Under the pieces are notes generated by a model. The model was not told the DNA's origin, ran no database searches, and worked only from the letters and a program-made list of their open reading frames with translations. A program made the translations under genes and the position numbers. A stretch of DNA of 64,000 bases from NCBI GenBank assembly GCA_963663805.2, contig CAXXMR010000019.1, positions 64,001 through 128,000 of the forward strand. Reading direction: 5' to 3'. Shown here in pieces: positions 62,396 to 64,000 of this stretch; position 1 is the first letter of the stretch; every line of letters starts with the position of its first letter. Source of the DNA: Sedimentisphaerales bacterium. Its GTDB lineage: Bacteria > Planctomycetota > Phycisphaerae > Sedimentisphaerales > SM23-30.

Positions 62396-62416
62396 ATACA
62401 CAAGGGAGTAAATGTT

Positions 62417-63370
62417 ATGCGAAATAATTATACGACACTCAGCCTGCTGTTGACATTGATTTTTTGCGGGGATTTATGGACTGGTCAGGAATCCGACGGT
62501 AAAGCCGCAACGGGTGAGCGGGTATACTGGGTAGGGAATTTTCTGGCTGATGAAGGATACTGGAATACGCATGTCTTGATGTCTGATTATATTTCGGATG
62601 AAGATAGAGAGTCGATAATTCAGCGATGTAAAGATCACGGTCTCAATCGAATTCATATTTATGGTGTTAATGACGACAACTATTCCGAAAGGCGCGGCGG
62701 TGATGTCTGGAAAGGTGTAGCCAATCGGGCCCTGGAATATGCTCCGGAAAAGTTTGACCATTGGTTTCACTGGTTTGTAATGTGCCGTCGGGCAGGCATG
62801 AATATTACTTTATGGCTGTGGCCCAACGATGCTCGCCAGACTTATAACCATGAAAAGGTCTGGGATGATGACCGGGTGGTCGCCAAGATGAAGGAGCTGA
62901 TAGATTTTTCACAGACGCCTTATAAATCGCCCGATGGAGAAAAAGATTTGCTGGTCGATGAACTGGTTTTGAAGTTGGAGGCGGACGATGAATGGAACTC
63001 GGACCGGATTAACCGGATAGCCCGCCGGGTGCGTCCGCTGCTAAAGCAGGGGCAGACTTTTTGGTATCACAATCAGATTATCGCAGATACCCGGGGAGTT
63101 GACTGGAGCCTCTTTGACGGGATTCGGATTCAAAGCGGCCATCGTCGCGGAATATGGGAAAGCGCAACCGGCGGCTGGAGTGAAGAAGGGTTACAATGTG
63201 CCATGCGTGAGATTATAGATGTCCTTCCCGATACATTGCAGATTTATTTTAGCGAGTTTACCTTTAATGGTTTTAAGGAGTCCAATCTGGGCGATGCACT
63301 ATTGCGTAATTTACCTAAAGAGTATCCGAACCGTATATGTGGTTCGGATAATGGCGGAGTTATGAGGTGA
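62417..63370 (+). CDS. Secreted hypothetical protein, possibly a TIM-barrel glycoside hydrolase
   Basis: 317 aa, SD GGGAG, hydrophobic N-terminus, Trp-rich; composition differs from flanking comEC. Confidence 0.7.
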   Translation: MRNNYTTLSLLLTLIFCGDLWTGQESDGKAATGERVYWVGNFLADEGYWNTHVLMSDYISDEDRESIIQRCKDHGLNRIHIYGVNDDNYSERRGGDVWKGVANRALEYAPEKFDHWFHWFVMCRRAGMNITLWLWPNDARQTYNHEKVWDDDRVVAKMKELIDFSQTPYKSPDGEKDLLVDELVLKLEADDEWNSDRINRIARRVRPLLKQGQTFWYHNQIIADTRGVDWSLFDGIRIQSGHRRGIWESATGGWSEEGLQCAMREIIDVLPDTLQIYFSEFTFNGFKESNLGDALLRNLPKEYPNRICGSDNGGVMR

Positions 63371-63401
63371 TTGAAATTCTGTCCGGTGCATTTTTTATTG
63401 G

Positions 63402-63671
63402 GAGCTTGCCTGGCAGGTAGAGTTGATGCGGGAGACGGCGGCGGAGAAGTTGCGGGCGGAAGTTATGGTCCTGTCGCATCACGGCGCGACGCCGGATTCT
63501 TTGCGGGCCTTGCTGGCTAAGGTGAAGGCCGATACTTCGATTTGTTCATCGGGTAAGCTCTCGGAGGCGCGGCAGGCGAAACTGGCTGAGATTATTCAGG
63601 GGACGCGGTTTTGGCATACGTACCGGGATGGCGCAGTTGGTGTTCGGGTTGATTTGTCGAGTTGGGAATAA
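63402..63671 (+). pseudogene. Orphan duplicate of the comEC 3' end (direct repeat copy 2, with a different last about 10 codons)
   Basis: Encodes [25 protein letters not shown]...TYRDGAV, near-identical to the ComEC C-terminus. Confidence 0.9.
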
Positions 63672-63712
63672 AAAATGATCAATGTACCGGATACGTTCCA
63701 GAGGAGTGCCTG

Positions 63713-64000
63713 ATGAAAAAGATCGTGATAATCGGCTGCTGCGGAGGGGGCAAGACTACCCTGGCATATACTCTTTCCCAAAAGCTGTCGATCGCGGCTT
63801 ATGATCTCGATGATTATTTCTGGCACGCCGGTTGGGTTGGCACTCCAGATGGCCGCTGGCAGCAGGTTCAGCGTGAACTTGTCGATCGAGACAGCTGGAT
63901 CATCAGCGGTACTTACGTTTCGACATTGGATATTCGCACCGCTGCCGCCGACACCATCATTTTCCTCGATTTACCGCTTTGGCTGTGTTTTTGGCGGGTG
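63713..64000 (+). CDS. Adenylate-kinase-like / DNA topology modulation protein (FlaR family), truncated at window end
   Basis: Manual translation MKKIVIIGCCGGGKTTLA...DLDDYFW...WIISGTY...ADTIIFLDLP; SD GAGGAG. Confidence 0.85.
   Translation, partial: MKKIVIIGCCGGGKTTLAYTLSQKLSIAAYDLDDYFWHAGWVGTPDGRWQQVQRELVDRDSWIISGTYVSTLDIRTAAADTIIFLDLPLWLCFWRV

Overview
A core-chromosome segment that looks like an anaerobic Planctomycetota (Phycisphaerae/Sedimentisphaerales-like) genome. This is inferred from two PEP-CTERM proteins, an H-X9-DG prepilin-like protein and a dockerin-like C-terminus. Most genes are housekeeping: ilvB(3' end)-ilvN-ilvC, pyrR-pyrB-pyrC, greA, lptFG, cheV, lnt, a sigma54 two-component pair, rpsO-pnp, hemB, B12-dependent nrdJ with NrdR boxes, nth-mutM-xerD, psd-pssA, eno, rhaA, serS and aroF. 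It also holds competence-type genes (comF, comEC) and one complete IS4-family element with 26-bp inverted repeats. The most notable observations are: (1) a GlpX-fold protein that lacks most metal-binding catalytic residues, keeps its sugar-phosphate-binding motifs and has a Lys-rich histone-like N-terminal tail (candidate pseudoenzyme or sensor); (2) a 237-bp, about 92%-identical duplication of the comEC 3' end bracketing an unknown secreted gene; (3) a PEP-CTERM-anchored GH25 muramidase; (4) an FtsB-like gene after eno; (5) co-oriented REP-like repeats and strong patchy G/T skew; (6) a cluster of homopolymer frameshifts at 35.2-41.7 kb, plus pyrC, that are most likely assembly errors. I recognised no rRNA, tRNA or CRISPR array.
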